Shown here: in pieces, positions 25,380-39,436 of the stretch | Layout of the letters: each line of letters begins with the position of its first letter | Position numbering within the stretch: position 1 is the stretch's first letter | NCBI RefSeq assembly: GCF_009914755.1 | Contig: NC_060927.1 | Source of the DNA: the human T2T-CHM13v2.0 reference genome, Homo sapiens | Length of the DNA: 64,000 nt | Reading direction: 5' to 3' (one strand) | Made by a program: the position numbers and the translations under genes | The notes under the pieces: model-generated | The model's database searches: none | The model's input: only the letters and a program-made list of their open reading frames with translations | Told to the model about the DNA's origin: nothing

Positions 25380-27109
25380 TTAGAGACTGAAAGTGTCTGT
25401 AGAAAATGTTTAATAATAATGTTGCTGGGCTTTTAGAAGCCAAAGCCTTATGGAATCTTGCCATTACAGAGATCCAAGTTCATAGCCATGTAGGAAAAAC
25501 CAATGCAAAAAAAAAAAAGACAACTACCATCACAAAAAAAAATTTTCTCCAGCCCACTCTTGGTTCACTTTTCCTGCCTAGGGGTTCCAGGTGTCCATAC
25601 TCCCTTTTGGGCCGCTCATGCTTTCTTCTCGTCTATCTATTCCTTCCTAATGCCAGCTCCAAAAAAAAAAAAAAAAAGTCTCTGCTGCTATTCATACATC
25701 TTTTGTTAAACTTTAAGCAAACTTGTGGAATGAAGACTCCTTTTCAAAATTTTTCTGCTTAAATAATTCCAACTACCAGTTAGCTCTTACATTTTTAGGC
25801 AAATGCCCTTTTTTGCTATTTCTGAAATCATTTTTCTATTTTTTGAATGTCTGACAGACTTGAATTCATCAACCTTCAGATTTGTAAAGCCTGAGTCCCC
25901 TACATTAAAGAAGATCACATCATCAGTAACCCAAAAGATTGAGCCAATGATTTCCAGAGTAAAGGAGAGCCATGGTCATTGTTAATCTTCAGTAGTGGTC
26001 GCTGTTCCTTACAATCCCCATTTAGGAGTCCAAAGTAATAATAGTAGTGGTAGCCAACATTCTTGAGTGCAATCTGTCAGACACTAATTTATAACTTTTT
26101 CTCAATTATTACAAAGCTTTATGATTTAGTACTCTAATGACCCTCTTTTACAGAGGAGATGGCTGATTTTCAATAATTTTCTTTAGAGAAATTTGGCACT
26201 TCTGTTTACAGTAATAGTTTCTATATTTAAATACATATTATATATACATATAGGTTGCTAGAGAGACTTATTAGTACTTTTTTTTAACTAAATGATTTGG
26301 GTCTATTCTTAGAATTTAGTTTCATCACCTGTAGCAGAGTATCTTTGAGGAAAAGAAATACATACCTTTCTTGCTGTTTCTATAGTTTAGTTGAAAACAT
26401 CGCTTCTTTTGAAACCTCCTAAAGAAAGTGACAAACCAAATATTTTGAATCCTTAAATGATTTCATTGTGTTCAAATATTTATGGGCTGGTAGAAGAAGT
26501 TCTGAGAGAGCAAGAAACAAGAACTCAAGCGATGACTGGAAATTTTAGTTTCTGTGGGGTTTGAAGGTTCTGAAAGGCAGTAGCTGGGTTCACTGTCATT
26601 TACAAAAGCCCAGGAGAGCACAGACAAGATTTAAAGGGCCTTGGAGTTGAAAGAGAAAACAATCAAAGGGAAGGAGGAAAGTGGATGCTAAAAAAGGTTC
26701 ACCTAAGTTTAGGGTGAGTTAGAGGAACCAGGACATGACCAGGGTGTAGGTTGTCAAGGAAAACATAACAGAAATCATGAAAACTTTTATCCAATTAGGA
26801 ATTTACAAAGCACTTTATAATTATAATTCTTCATTAATGTGCTTTGAAGAAGTATAATTTGGCTTAAAAAAGGAATAACTGTTGATTAGATGAAGAGCAG
26901 AAGTAAGAAAATTAAGATCGGTTCTGGATTTCTGAAGTATTTTACCTATTTTTGACACTAGTTCAATTATTTTTTAATGAGTTTTACCAAAATAACTGTG
27001 GGGAGGGGTCATAAAAAGAAGGAGAAGAAATTCTTTTATACCTCAAAGTTCTAATAGTAAGTTTAAAATAATAACATATTTACCTTAAGCATATTATACG
27101 AGTTAAAGA

Positions 27110-27287
27110 AGAAGTTCCTGAAGTATTGTACGAAAGCAGCAGTTCCGGGAACTTGTTAGAAATGCAAACATTTGGGTCGCTCTAGAGTTCTTGAATCAGA
27201 AACTCTGGGGTGGGGCCAGGCCTTTTAACATATTTTCACAAGCTCTCCGGGTGATTTTGATGTATGCTGAAGCTTGAGAACCACTGA
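27110..27287. mobile_element. MER5A
   Basis: 'gggaacttgttagaaatgcaaa...gaatcagaaactctggggtggggcc...ggtgattttgatgtatgctgaagcttgagaaccactg'. Confidence 0.85.
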
Positions 27288-27635
27288 GTTAAGGTAACAC
27301 TAGGTACTGTAGCAGACATATGCCCAGTCTCAGTAGTGTAAGACAATGAGTGTTAATATTTCTGCTTATGTAAGAGCTCAAGAATGGCATTGCTCCTTGA
27401 AAGGGTGTCCTCCCAGGATGCAGTCTCCCATTTTATGTCTGTCACATTTACCATGTGACTCCACATATCTTGGGAGCCATTTCCACTGCAGTCACCTTGA
27501 ATGGAAACAATAATGTCGCTTCAACTAACATTTCTTTGGGTCACATTTAACTGCAAGTGAGGCTAGAAAATGCAGCCTAGCTTTGCGCCTAAATCCTGAG
27601 GAAGCCAATGTGATCAGCTAGCTCACTTTGCCAAG
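27288..27635 (-). mobile_element. old ERVL/MaLR LTR remnant (LTR33/MLT1J-type)
   Basis: 'aactgcaagtgaggctagaaaatgcagcctagc...cagctagctcactttgcca' is the antisense of a typical LTR start. Confidence 0.5.
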
Positions 27636-29469
27636 CATATGCTTATATATACACATATCTTTTTTTTTCACTCTAGTGTCTTTATTGAACTACATATTTT
27701 TTTTCTATTCTCATAGCTCATTTATTTGCAACATATGTTCATAGCCTGTTTACAATTCCAACATTCAACTTTGTCTTGGATACTATATCTCCTTAACAAT
27801 TTTACAGTTAAAGATTAAAAACAGCCTGGTTTTTGAATTTTGTCAGTTTCAATTTTAACATAAATTCTTATGTCCATTCGTGCTATACAGTAGCCCCATG
27901 TGTCTAAATTAACTTAGTGAAAATGTTTATTTCCTCTAGAATAAATATATTTTTATTTTTATCATCTTTTATATGCCAAGAACATAAAACTGTAGCCTTG
28001 ATACCCTCATATAAACTGGAATAGCAACAAACATATTTTAATAAATATTGGTCTTATTGCAAAGGATAGAAATAAACATTATCTTTAGACAACCTACCCA
28101 TTGCATTAGTAATTCTCCTGTCCTGACTCTTCAAAGAGCATTATTTTCTTTTCCTTCATCTTTGGATTTCTGCCAGAAGATAAAGAGCACGAGTTATTCA
28201 ACTTGGTCTTTGGAGAGATACAACCAAACTGGCAGATAATTTAATAACACTGTTTGACCTCTTTGTCATATTGATTTATTTATTTACTTATTGGAGAGGA
28301 ATGTACACACTGGAATGTTCTATTTAATGAGGCTATGAAATCATCCTAGGAATGAATATACGTGTATGTGTACATTTCTCTGAAGTAGACATTCAGCTAA
28401 ACTAGATACCACATTGAAGATTTGTAAAGTACTATGATTTTGTGGTTTTATTCTAAAACCTTTTACTTTGCCCACTTGAAAGTCTATAACAATAGTTTGT
28501 CTACCTTAAAGTCTGAAAATATCACTCATTATGAAGCAAAACTAATGCCTCAGATCTCTGGAATTCTTTTGGTAACTCTGTCCTGCAATTCTAATGGGCA
28601 TTTGTCTTTTTTGAGAACATGCACATTTTAAAACTTGTCCCTGGATTGGATGTTTATACTCAACTGTAACTATCAATTAAAATTGATAAAACCTTATTCC
28701 TAGTTTTGTAGAGTTAAAAAATGCATGCCAAAATATTGTAGGAAGTTTTAGAAATGGGATATTTTTGTTTATTTCAAACGTTAATTCAACACAAAATACT
28801 TTTTTATGGGGAGTTCAATAATTGTTGTATTACTCAGAAAAATAAGGCATTTCTTTGAGTGTTGTAATACTAAAGCATCTATGAATATCTATTGAATAAT
28901 TGTAAAAGATTATTGTCCTAACATTGGCCCTAACTGGTTTGTGTTAGACATAGTTTTGCTGCTCAGGGACAAACACATACAATGAAAATTAACAGAATGT
29001 ATAATATATATTTACCATATTTAGGGTAGATTTGCCACTATTTGAGGAAATAATCTATGACCAAATAGCACACTATGTGTGTGATATCTACTATCATTTT
29101 GTAGGTTTTCACTTTTAGGACTATCTCTCCAGATATGGTTTATTACTTCCTGAATATTCTCCTTCCAATTTAAGTAAGCTGCCACTAGTTGAGCAGTGAA
29201 TATAACGTTAGAATTTTGAGTTATTAAGATGATGTTTCTTGCGTATTTGGTCAATTGTAATGGAGAATTCAAACCGGGTCTGTACATAAAGACAATTCTT
29301 ACATTATGCTTTCCCCTTTATTTTTCTCAATGTAGATATTTATTGTGTAAAGCAAATCATAGCTTACCTTTGTTTTCTGTACTTCAAGTAAGGCATATAT
29401 TTTGTTTGTATTTTCCTCAGTAGTTGCTCACTTCCTTAAGTCTCCAGAGCATGACCTAATTCGTCTCCT

Positions 29470-29504
29470 CTCCAAAGGAAGTTTGGAACTCCAAAGGAAG
29501 TTTG
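29470..29504. repeat. 16-bp direct repeat with 3-bp spacer
   Basis: ctccaaaggaagtttg at 29470-29485 and 29489-29504. Confidence 0.9.
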
Positions 29505-29689
29505 TCTAATTTGTGAATGTCACTTTAGCTTTTCCCACTCTCATTTTGACTCACAACAGATGCTATAAACTTCTCCAGTCTTTCTGTTTTCCTGCTTATC
29601 AGTAAGTATAACTGTTTATCAGTGAGCAATTCCTGCTCATCAGTAAGCATAAGATAGCAGACAAAAATCCTTGTGTTTCACGTATCTTG

Positions 29690-29860
29690 TGCTATTTTTA
29701 CAATGTTCTAGTGAAATAATACTTCTCCCTTTTTGTACCATTTCACAGATGAGTATCTTGAAGGACAGAGATATAAAGTAACAGGTCCAGGGAAAGTATA
29801 AATAATGAGGACGGAGATCAAAACTCCTAATTCTCAAGGCAGGTTTCTATTTTAGTTAGA
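29690..29860. mobile_element. MIR remnant
   Basis: 'ccatttcacagatgag...gaaggacagagatataaagtaacaggtccagg' resembles the MIR core. Confidence 0.55.
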
Positions 29861-32169
29861 ACTTGTAGCTTCTTCATCAGGTTACATCTGACCTTTTCCT
29901 GCCCATTATTTTTAAGTTATTTAGAACGGTTGTGAATTTCAATTCTAAAAAAAAAACACTGTAAATTTTTATAAGTTTTTGAATAGAAGAATTTCAGATA
30001 AAGGAGAAAATGAGAATAATAATCTAGACTTTGAAAGATAGAAGATTCTCAAAAAAGGAAATTGGCGCCATTTGTGAAGTATGATGCCCAGAAGAGAATT
30101 AGAGACAGATTTTAAGCTCTGTATATAGTGGAAAGTATTGACAGTAATTAGCCAACATTTCTTCAATATTGTTTAGAATAGCAGTATTGGACATTTGAAG
30201 CAAAATCTTTAAGTGCTCCTCAAAGCTTATGGTATTGTGGAATACTCAAATTTCAGTTGCAAGCTTTTTTCCCCTAACTTGTTTTTAACTTGTCAAGAAA
30301 TCAGCCACAGGCAATAGATGTATTTTTGGAAAATTAAAGATTCACTCTAACTTTGTTTATGAATTTCAAGTCCTACCAACACATATTTGAAACTTTCATA
30401 TTACTTTACACTTTGTTGAACGCACACCAGTTAATTTTAAAAGAGAGAAATGAAAAACTGCTTTCCCAGTAGATTCTGCAAAACATCAAGTTTGGAGTAG
30501 ATATGCAAAATTAAATATAGGATTTTAGTAGTTTAAAATATCTTTTGGTACAAAAGAGGGAATAAATGTGCTCATTGAAAGTATATTTAAGTTGCCATTT
30601 GACTGAATTTATTTATAAGAAATTGAGCTTTTTATGTTCAACACAAATTTGGAACTCCTAAACATCATGAGAGAGGAGTAAGTGGGGATGCTGATTACAA
30701 AATGAAATCAAAAAGTAATGTGATGATCTGATTATATCATCATAAAGTTACGCATGAAACTGAAAAGCGTATACCTCTTACTGAGGCCAGTACAGATATT
30801 TTTGCATTTTGATTGTGTTATGTTAGTTATTTTGAAAGAAAAATGACATATATATATATATAGTTTCACATATCTACTCCAACAATATTTTGTAGGAACT
30901 AGTAGGAAAGCATTTTATATATTATATAAATATGAAGTCTTGGTGGTGACCAAGCTTCACTGATACAAATCGTTTGTCTCAATATTTTTGTCTTATGAAA
31001 GTAATTAACCAGAAAAAAAATATTAATTTCAAAATAGGTAAATATTTCCAACCTCTTGTCCTTGATAATCACTTTAGAAGCATACATTGTAGCCTCTTTG
31101 TGTTCTGAGAGCAATGATTTGTAGTATAATTATCTGACAATTCTTACTTCAAAAGTCCTCTTGGAGATAACTATGTCTAGTTAATTTAGTCTTTCATTAG
31201 TGTAACTTTCATTAATTTCTACTTATTTTACTCTCTAGATGCCAAATCTAGAAACAGAAGCCTTTTAAGTTCTGATACTTAAAAGCTTCTGACTGAAAAG
31301 TTATTTTATGAGCCAGAAAAAATAAAACTTAGAAAAAGAGTGAAACTCTCTGCACTTTGAAAATTGATGCCTCCTAGTTCTCAGAATGAAGCGAGTAGCA
31401 GGTAGTGACTACATTTTTGAGCACATTTATAAAATTACACTTATTTCTAGCACCTAGACATATGAGCTAGAAATTTTGTGAAGTTGTACACACTTGCATC
31501 ACTATTTGTTTGAGATGTTTTGACTTCCTAAGAGTCAGTTAGATGCACATTCAAATATATGTACAAAAACAATTAAAAAGTCATATATAAATAGAAATGT
31601 CTCATTTACTTCTCTCCATCTGTAAGGTAACTGATAATTGTTGCCACGGCTGCACTTACGGCAAGACTGGACCAGTGCTTTATAATTATTTCTGAAGAGA
31701 TAGAATTTCATATTTTAACCTTTTTATTGAATTATTTCAAGGACTTGCTTACATGATTCAACTTGTCTATCTGCAAAATGGGACAGATGAGATATTTCAT
31801 GGCTACTTCACCCAAGACGTTATGCAGTGGGTATTTGAATGATCCACTCATAGGTCAATTATTATTGAGTAATTCATATAAATTCATGTACATCACTAGG
31901 GTTTATATTAATAACGGAGTCATAGCCCAATGACATGAAAGAATAATTTAGAGACTTAAAAAAAACCTGCTGTTTCTCCAGAGAGCAGTTTTCTCTCTCT
32001 CTGGAGAGCAAATTCTCTCTAGCATTTCAGATTTTATATAAAGTATTTCTTAGAATACATATTAGGGAACATGAGACAGGGGTAGGGAGGTTGGATAGAT
32101 AGGTGACCACAAACTTATCAGTGACACACAAGAATAAAGGAGTTTAGTCACTTTCACATGTATTTCTAC

Positions 32170-32223
32170 TAGGTTGATGCAAAAGCAATTGTGGTTTTTG
32201 CCGTTAAAAGTAATGGCAACCTA
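32170..32223. mobile_element. MADE1 (Hsmar1-derived MITE) with an internally deleted right arm
   Basis: taggttgatgcaaaagcaattgtggtttttgccgttaaaagtaatggcaaccta: left TIR intact, right TIR reduced to ggcaaccta. Confidence 0.85.
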
Positions 32224-35200
32224 TTTCACAAATAGTATGTGTGTATATGTGTGTGTGTGTGTGTATGTGTGTACACTATTTTGTCACTAACTGTACATTT
32301 GGTCAGGTAATATTTGCCCTTTTAATAACAGAATAAAAAGAACTCATCAATTTGAAAATGTATTGCAAAAGTGGTACAATGCTTCTAAATGTGTATGGAG
32401 CGATGAGTGCTGGAGGAAGGCCAGCTGCCAAGTAGGTGGCTTTTCGATGGTCTCTAATTTTTGCATTACATAATTCAAAGCTACTTGTGGCAAAGTATGA
32501 GATTCAGGAGGAGAGGGAAGACAATTTACCGATTATTTTTTTTTAAATATTTTACAAAGTCAAGTAATTTATCCATCCCTTTACTATTACAATTTTGTGG
32601 ACATTGCATTATATTAACATCTCTAAATAAATTAACCACTAAAATAAAACAAAATTTCATGACATTTGAATGGGTTTTCTTGTTGCTAAAGCAATAAGCT
32701 TCACTGACACAAATCTGAGTGTAACATATGGTCTCAGCCTTAGGCCAGGGTGTTCCATTTGAATTATTCCAGGCTTTTCCTTACAGTGCTGTGCTTCAAA
32801 CATGAATCCAATTACCAACTGCAGTCAGGCAATTGAAAGGCTGCAGGAGAAATACTCTAATAGATGGGGAGGGGGGTAAAGGACTGTGATTTGTGTGGTA
32901 ATCAGCAAGAGAAGGTCAATTGTAATAGAATAGACTGGTTTCCAAGACAGAGCTAATGTAGGATGCCTTCCACTCCACGGAGGGATGCTATCAATAGATT
33001 TGTTGTTTTCATTACCAAGAATGTCACTTACTGACAAGATGAATAAAGAAAGTGTGAGAAGGCCAGTTGATGGATCAGGTGATTAAAACCTAGGCTGTGG
33101 TGAGCAATTAGCAAACTGATGACCTATTTGAGGACTGGAAATGAGAGGTTAAAAGAAAGGAGCTATGCAAATGTATACCTGAAAAGAACAGTTTTGTGTT
33201 AAGATTTATGGTCAAACTCTAGGATTTGCAATAGGAAGCTTGAATAAATGTACACCTCTCCAAAATGCAACACTAATTCTTTTTCTCTAAATTATTGAAC
33301 TTCTTCTCTATAGCGAAAATAGAAAAAAAAAGAATGCCTACTGAGCATACCACCCATATTATTTTTTAACAATTTAATTCCTTAAACTGCTATAAAATGA
33401 GATCTTGCAAGCCCCAACAACAAAAGGATACATTTCGTTTATCTCTATTTTTCTTTAAAGAGTCAGTCACATAGTCAGAGAATTCTTCCTATGAATTATA
33501 ATAATAGCAAAAAAATGGCGTGATGAATCTAATAATCCAAAATATTTTTCACCTGAAATATTAAATATATGTTTTAATAATTATAAATTCTAGGCCCAAG
33601 GAATAATGTATTCAAAGCTAATCTTATTCAAGTTCCTGTCTCCACTTTTTGGTGCTAACCCACCAGACTATTACACAATAGAGTATTTCCTATTTTAAGT
33701 TTGCTTAAAGATTCCACTTCCTCTGCCTCTCAATTAACAAATATGTAGTGATGCACTTTGCTGCAAGTTGTCAGGATAGCAACAGATCACCTTCAACTAC
33801 TACACATAAATTGGTATAGAAAATCATAGAGAAAATATAAAGCCTTATAATTTAAATAATATTGTAGTTTTAAAATGTTTACTTTATTAAATAAGGCAAG
33901 AAAAAATATATTTCTTGTACAGCATACCTTTGTGGTTGTGACTTCACAAGAGTATTCAAATTCTAAAAGAGTAAAAACTTTCAAAACAATAATAACTTCA
34001 TGGAATGTGGCTCCCTTTCCCCCATTGCTAGCACTCATTTACTGCTGTTAAACCATGAAGACTCAGTCATACAGTGGATTACTTTCTGAGAATGACAAAG
34101 GAATTTGAGATGCAGCCAGTATTAAAGATCTTTTATTGGGAAGACTGATTGTTATAGGACAAAATGTGCCTGTGCAAGCTTTTTAAAATTCCAGTTAAAT
34201 ATAAAAAACATTTAACTAATAAAAAAAATTGTTAATAGAGCCATCCGTGGCTTTTTGGCACATCCTAAATGAAGGGAGTCTTTGGTGGTGGCCCTCACAG
34301 TGTGGAGCAGCCATCTGCTTACCATATTTGATTGCTGTTCATTCTGTAAAAGCTCTCCTGCTTCCAGCACTTATGAACGATTAGCTGTTGCCCAAGCATC
34401 TTGATGCTGCACTTTCACTGGGCAATTAGAAGACGAGAGAGTCCATGAGAGCTCGACAGGCAAAGATATGCTTTGTTAGCAGCTACATTTGAGTCAAGCT
34501 TTAAAACACTGCAAACATAAATGTGCCCCTAGGAAAAAAGGAAAGATATTTTTCAGAGTGATGTCAGAGAAAGAAAAAAAGTTATTTATGAGCGCAATCT
34601 TTTCTACTATATTCTCTACATTTTTCTGGGGCAGGACATTTTGTGGTTAGAAAAAGAAAGTTTTTAATTGCCTTTGTCACATGCTTCTCTCAGCAATTTA
34701 TTTTCCCAGCAGTTAACAACTGCCTTTTATTGGTTATTTGGTGAGCATAGCGCCTGGCTCCAGTGGAGATTTTAAGTTTTAAATATTGGGCTGCTGACGA
34801 GGCTTCTTCTGTTGCTGTGAAGGGACACTGTCTGGAGTTCTTTGCCTTCTTCAAGCAATTTTATTTCTTGTTATAAATTTAAGAATATGTTCCAATTACA
34901 CATTTTGAGGAGATTATTCAGTAGACTTTTACGTTCAAAGGGATTGTTTTTCTTAATAAATGGGTTAAAGAGACAAGGCTTATGTATAACTATACTTTCC
35001 TTCCCTTTCTGACCTATTTTTTTCTTGAAATCACTGGATTTGTCAACTATGGTAAAGTAGAGTTAACAAAAATGTTTGCTGTACAATAAAATTCCACATA
35101 GTTTTAATGAAATCCTGTTTTGCTTATTATTTTTTCTTATATCAACAATTCTACATAGGTGTACTCAGCTGGCTAATGCTTCCTACATATCAATCTCAAC

Positions 35201-38200
35201 TCAAATAAATAACGAACTGTGTGCATGATTTTTTCCTAAGTGCCTGCTAATTTACTCTTTGCCAACAGAAAATATAAGATATTAAACAAATCAATGGCTA
35301 TTTAAATAATAAGAAGTTAAAGACTGAAAGATGTTTTCGTTGTAGGAGTCAAAAGAGAGTTCTCAGATTTCCCTTGGGCCACTAATACACAGTCAATATT
35401 TTTGATTCATTTTTTCCCATAAGTGATTAAACTGGAGATAGTGGGCATTTCAGCTGTGACACAAATATGACAAAAAAGATCTCATCGCCCAGAAAAGAGG
35501 AGTCCACAAAGGATGATGTGTTGTACCGTGACATCAATAATGGCTGCATCTAGTTATGACAGCAAAAGAAACCAGGCTTTGTGGGTGGAACTCTCAATGA
35601 GTCCAGTGACCAATCGATAATGTTGCGCATTTGAAGTCAATTGTGCCAGCTTTATATAATAATCCTTTAGTGTTATCTATCGTAAATAAGGCTTTCATAA
35701 GTTACAGTGTAAAGTTGAAAAGCAAAAACCAAGATTGATTAGTGGTTGGACAGAAAATGTCTTGCATGTGGAAGTAATATATGTACAAAAGTGTTTTGGT
35801 AAAAATTGTGTAGAAAATTTTAATTTGAACACTTTTCCAAATGCTATTTTGATGACTTCCCCCTAGTTGTGTATGTGCACAATTAAATTTCTCCTCCAAA
35901 AACGAAAATTTAGGCTCCTTTACCTAATTTCAAGCTTTGTCACATTTTGTAGTCCTTAAAGCCAAGTGGCTTAATAATTATCATCAACTGAAATTAATCA
36001 AAACCCAGGAGTAAATTCTAATTAATTGGGCAATAACCAAAGAGGGTTTTCTCATCTATTGTCTAGGAAGTAGAGCTCGGGCGGGGAGATCACAAAGCTA
36101 CTAAGTTTTATAATGAAGACTCTTCGAGAAAGACAGACTAATCCCTGAGTATTGATTACACACTGTAGGGAAAGGACTAACTGGATTAAAATTCTGAAAG
36201 TGAGGGCTTAAATTTGAAAAAGGAAGTTGCCATTATGATGTTTATTCAGGGAAATAAGAAGTCAGAGGCCAAACTTCCCAGGATATGAGTGCAGGTCTTC
36301 AAATAACAGCATTTGAGAAAGGAGGGAAAAAACAGTTCTAAAGGCCAGCACATATCAGGTGGATCAACACCTTAGAAAATTTCTGAATAATAAAAAAACG
36401 CTAATGTGAAAAGTTAGCTTCCCAAATTACTGACCGCCACTAAAAAACTGAAGCAATTCATATGAGCTCAACCTATCTCCTTCATTTTATCTCATAAGCT
36501 AAAATGTCTTCTAAATACCCTACACTTTGCTCAGCACTGGGGAAACAAGACTATATGAAATCTGATTCTGAATGCTACCATTTTGAGTCTAGCTATGGTG
36601 GCACAAAAAGAACTGAAAATATAAGGTTACATTTGAAAACTATAGTAGAAAATTCTAGAAAGTAATATATGTTAATTTATAGCAGCCACTTCAGGAAATA
36701 AAACTTGCTAATAAATTTTTTTTTTTTGAAGATTAGAACTTTCAAATACTTGGCTTCCTTTCAAGCCCTTTCATTATGTTTTGTTTGATTGGTTCTATTT
36801 TTTCTTTTTAATAGACTGTTTTCTTCTAACTTCATGATTAAAAATTGGTCACATGTGATGTTTATATCTTCTACAGTCATATGTAAATTAGTTAATAATA
36901 AAATAGAAAGAAGCTTTCTAGTTTCGATTCTCTGAATGGTAATAGCCCATTTCCACCTTTGATTTGGCTGCGGTTGATCCTTTTCTCCATCAGAGGTCAT
37001 CTGTGCTGCTGTAACACTAAGTGCAGAGTTATTTATTCAGTTGTTGCATATTAGTTCCTCAGTAGTTAAAATATCTGAACAAATACAAAGTCTTACACTA
37101 CATTATATTACCCTTTATTAGTGGGAAATTGAAGTCTAGAGATCAGTATTAAGCCAGTCCCTAAAATCCGCTTGTTCTGTGATAGGGACCCCAAACTGAC
37201 CTCTGATGAAGTTGTATTAGGAGGATTTTACCCTTGTTACTAATTAAATAAATAGCTGTATTTGCATTATTTTTTCTTTATAGTCAAGTTATGACATCAG
37301 CCCTCTCAAAGAACTAGGGACAAAGAGAGTCAAGTTCCCATTTACGCAGGAAGAATGTATTTTGCATATTAAGGTCCTGACATTTGGCATCTAGTGTGCA
37401 GTAGCTTATTGCGATTAATATGCTGGCATATCACATGTCAAAGGGACGTTCAATGAAGGTTGAGGAGGGCAAAATGAAAGATTTATTAAAACTCAAACTT
37501 TTCAGATGTTGTTGGTTACCTGCTCTTCCTAAGGCAATTTACCTAAGGGCCCTGGAGAGCAAGAACAGTGGCTCAAAACACCACATTTTTTCAATCCTGG
37601 AGTGTGTGAATATACACTGGGAAGTATATAGAAGAATTTGATATGCTCAGCAACCTCGCGGACAACACTTGGGTAAACTTTTTTTGTTCCTCACGTATAA
37701 TACATGGGTTACTTCTGCCCTATACTTTATATATATATATATTATTAAGTACCACACTATGCAAACATATTCACCCACTGAATGCAAAATGGTGATTACC
37801 ATAATGATTCTGAAAATGTTCTCATTTCGGAAAGGAATTCCTATTTCTCAAGGGCACATAATTTTGCCTCTTTATATATGGCTTTTTGAATTTCCAATAT
37901 AAATACATTCATTTATTTCCCCCTTGAAATTATTAATGACACTTTTGCAAGGCTAAGCTATATTTGCCACTTCATAAAAAGTCTTAATAATGTTCTTTGT
38001 TACATCACAGCTGCAGAGTAACCATGGCAACCAACATAACTAACAGAAATAGTTATTACTACGTGCCTTCAATGTCTAGAATGTGCAAGTGGTAGAAATA
38101 CTATTAAAGTACATTAAAGAAAAGAGATTGTCTCAGTAGTACAAATATCTTCATTGTTGACAATGCCCTTGCAATCATTTTGTTTGAATAAATTATTATT

Positions 38201-38454
38201 ACAATTAAAATTAAACTTGTCTAATATATCTCCATACTGAGTTATTTAAAAGCAATAAAGATCATATCAGTTGGGCTCACAGATAAGGTCAAAGATGGTC
38301 TTGTTTACTTGCTTGTACTTTGGGTTATCTTCTAACGAGTAGCAGCCAGTATTCTGGGTCTCCTGGACCCAGGAATATCATGCTCCAGGATTGCCCTAAA
38401 TCCAAATCTGTCAGGTCCACTTTCTTAATTTTCTTTAGTTATAGGCCATGGTCT

Positions 38455-38680
38455 GATTTTTTTGAATAAAAAATTTTTGGAATAATTTTAGATTTACAGA
38501 AAAGTTACAAAGATAAGTTTTCCAAAACTCACACCCAGTTTAAATTTTCTCTGAGCTAATCATCTTATATCACAATGGCATATTTGTCAAAACTGAGAAA
38601 ACATCACTGGTATCCTGTATTACTATTGAATGAACTCTATATTTTATTTAGGTTTCACCAGTTGTTACACTAATGTCCTT
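38455..38680 (-). mobile_element. old L1M (L1MC/ME-type) 3' fragment
   Basis: 'ataattttagatttacagaaaagttacaaagat...catatttgtcaaaactgagaaa...ttcaccagt...cactaatgtcctt'. Confidence 0.6.
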
Positions 38681-38994
38681 ATATAAGAAAAATACATCTT
38701 TTCCAGAAGTTGGCATTAGACTTCTTATGGCTTACTGCGCCAAATGGCATTCATTAAACTAAAGCCATCCTTAGCAAAGAATAATGGAATTGACACTACT
38801 GGTTTAGAGACTAATCATGATTTATTCTCTGGATTTCAGAGAGGGGATCATCTTCTTTAGCATCACTGATGCACAAGTCCATCTGAATAAAACCAAAATT
38901 AAGTGAGCGAGAACCAAACGGCTGATGGTTGCTGGGCATTATGTCATAACATTATATCACAAAACTTGCATTTGCATAATATAAATGTCAAATA

Positions 38995-39436
38995 CAGTTG
39001 ACCTTTGAACACCATGGTTTTAACCATGTGGGCCCACTTATACTTGGATTTTCTTTTGTCACTATCACCCCTGGGACAGAAAGATCGGCCTTTTCTTCTC
39101 CTGCTCCTTCTCAGCCTGCTCAGTGTGAAAAAAACAAGGATGAAGGTGTTTGTGATGATTCACCACCACTTAACAAATAGTAAATATATTTTCTCTTCCT
39201 TATAATTTTCTTATTAACATTTTCTTCCCTCTAGCTTACTTTATGGTAAGAATACACTATATAATAGAGACAACATACAAAATATGTGTTAACTGACTGT
39301 TTATATTATCAGTAAGGATCCCGGTCAACAGTAGGGTATTAGTAGTTAAGTTATTGAGGAATCAAAAGTTACACATGGATTATTTACTGTGCAGGGGAGT
39401 TGGCACTCCTAACCCCTGTATCTTAAGGGTCATCTA
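38995..39436 (+). mobile_element. Tigger2a (TcMar-Tigger MITE), full length
   Basis: TIRs cagttgacctttgaa / ttaagggtcatcta with TA flanks; the body matches Tigger2a as recalled. Confidence 0.9.
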
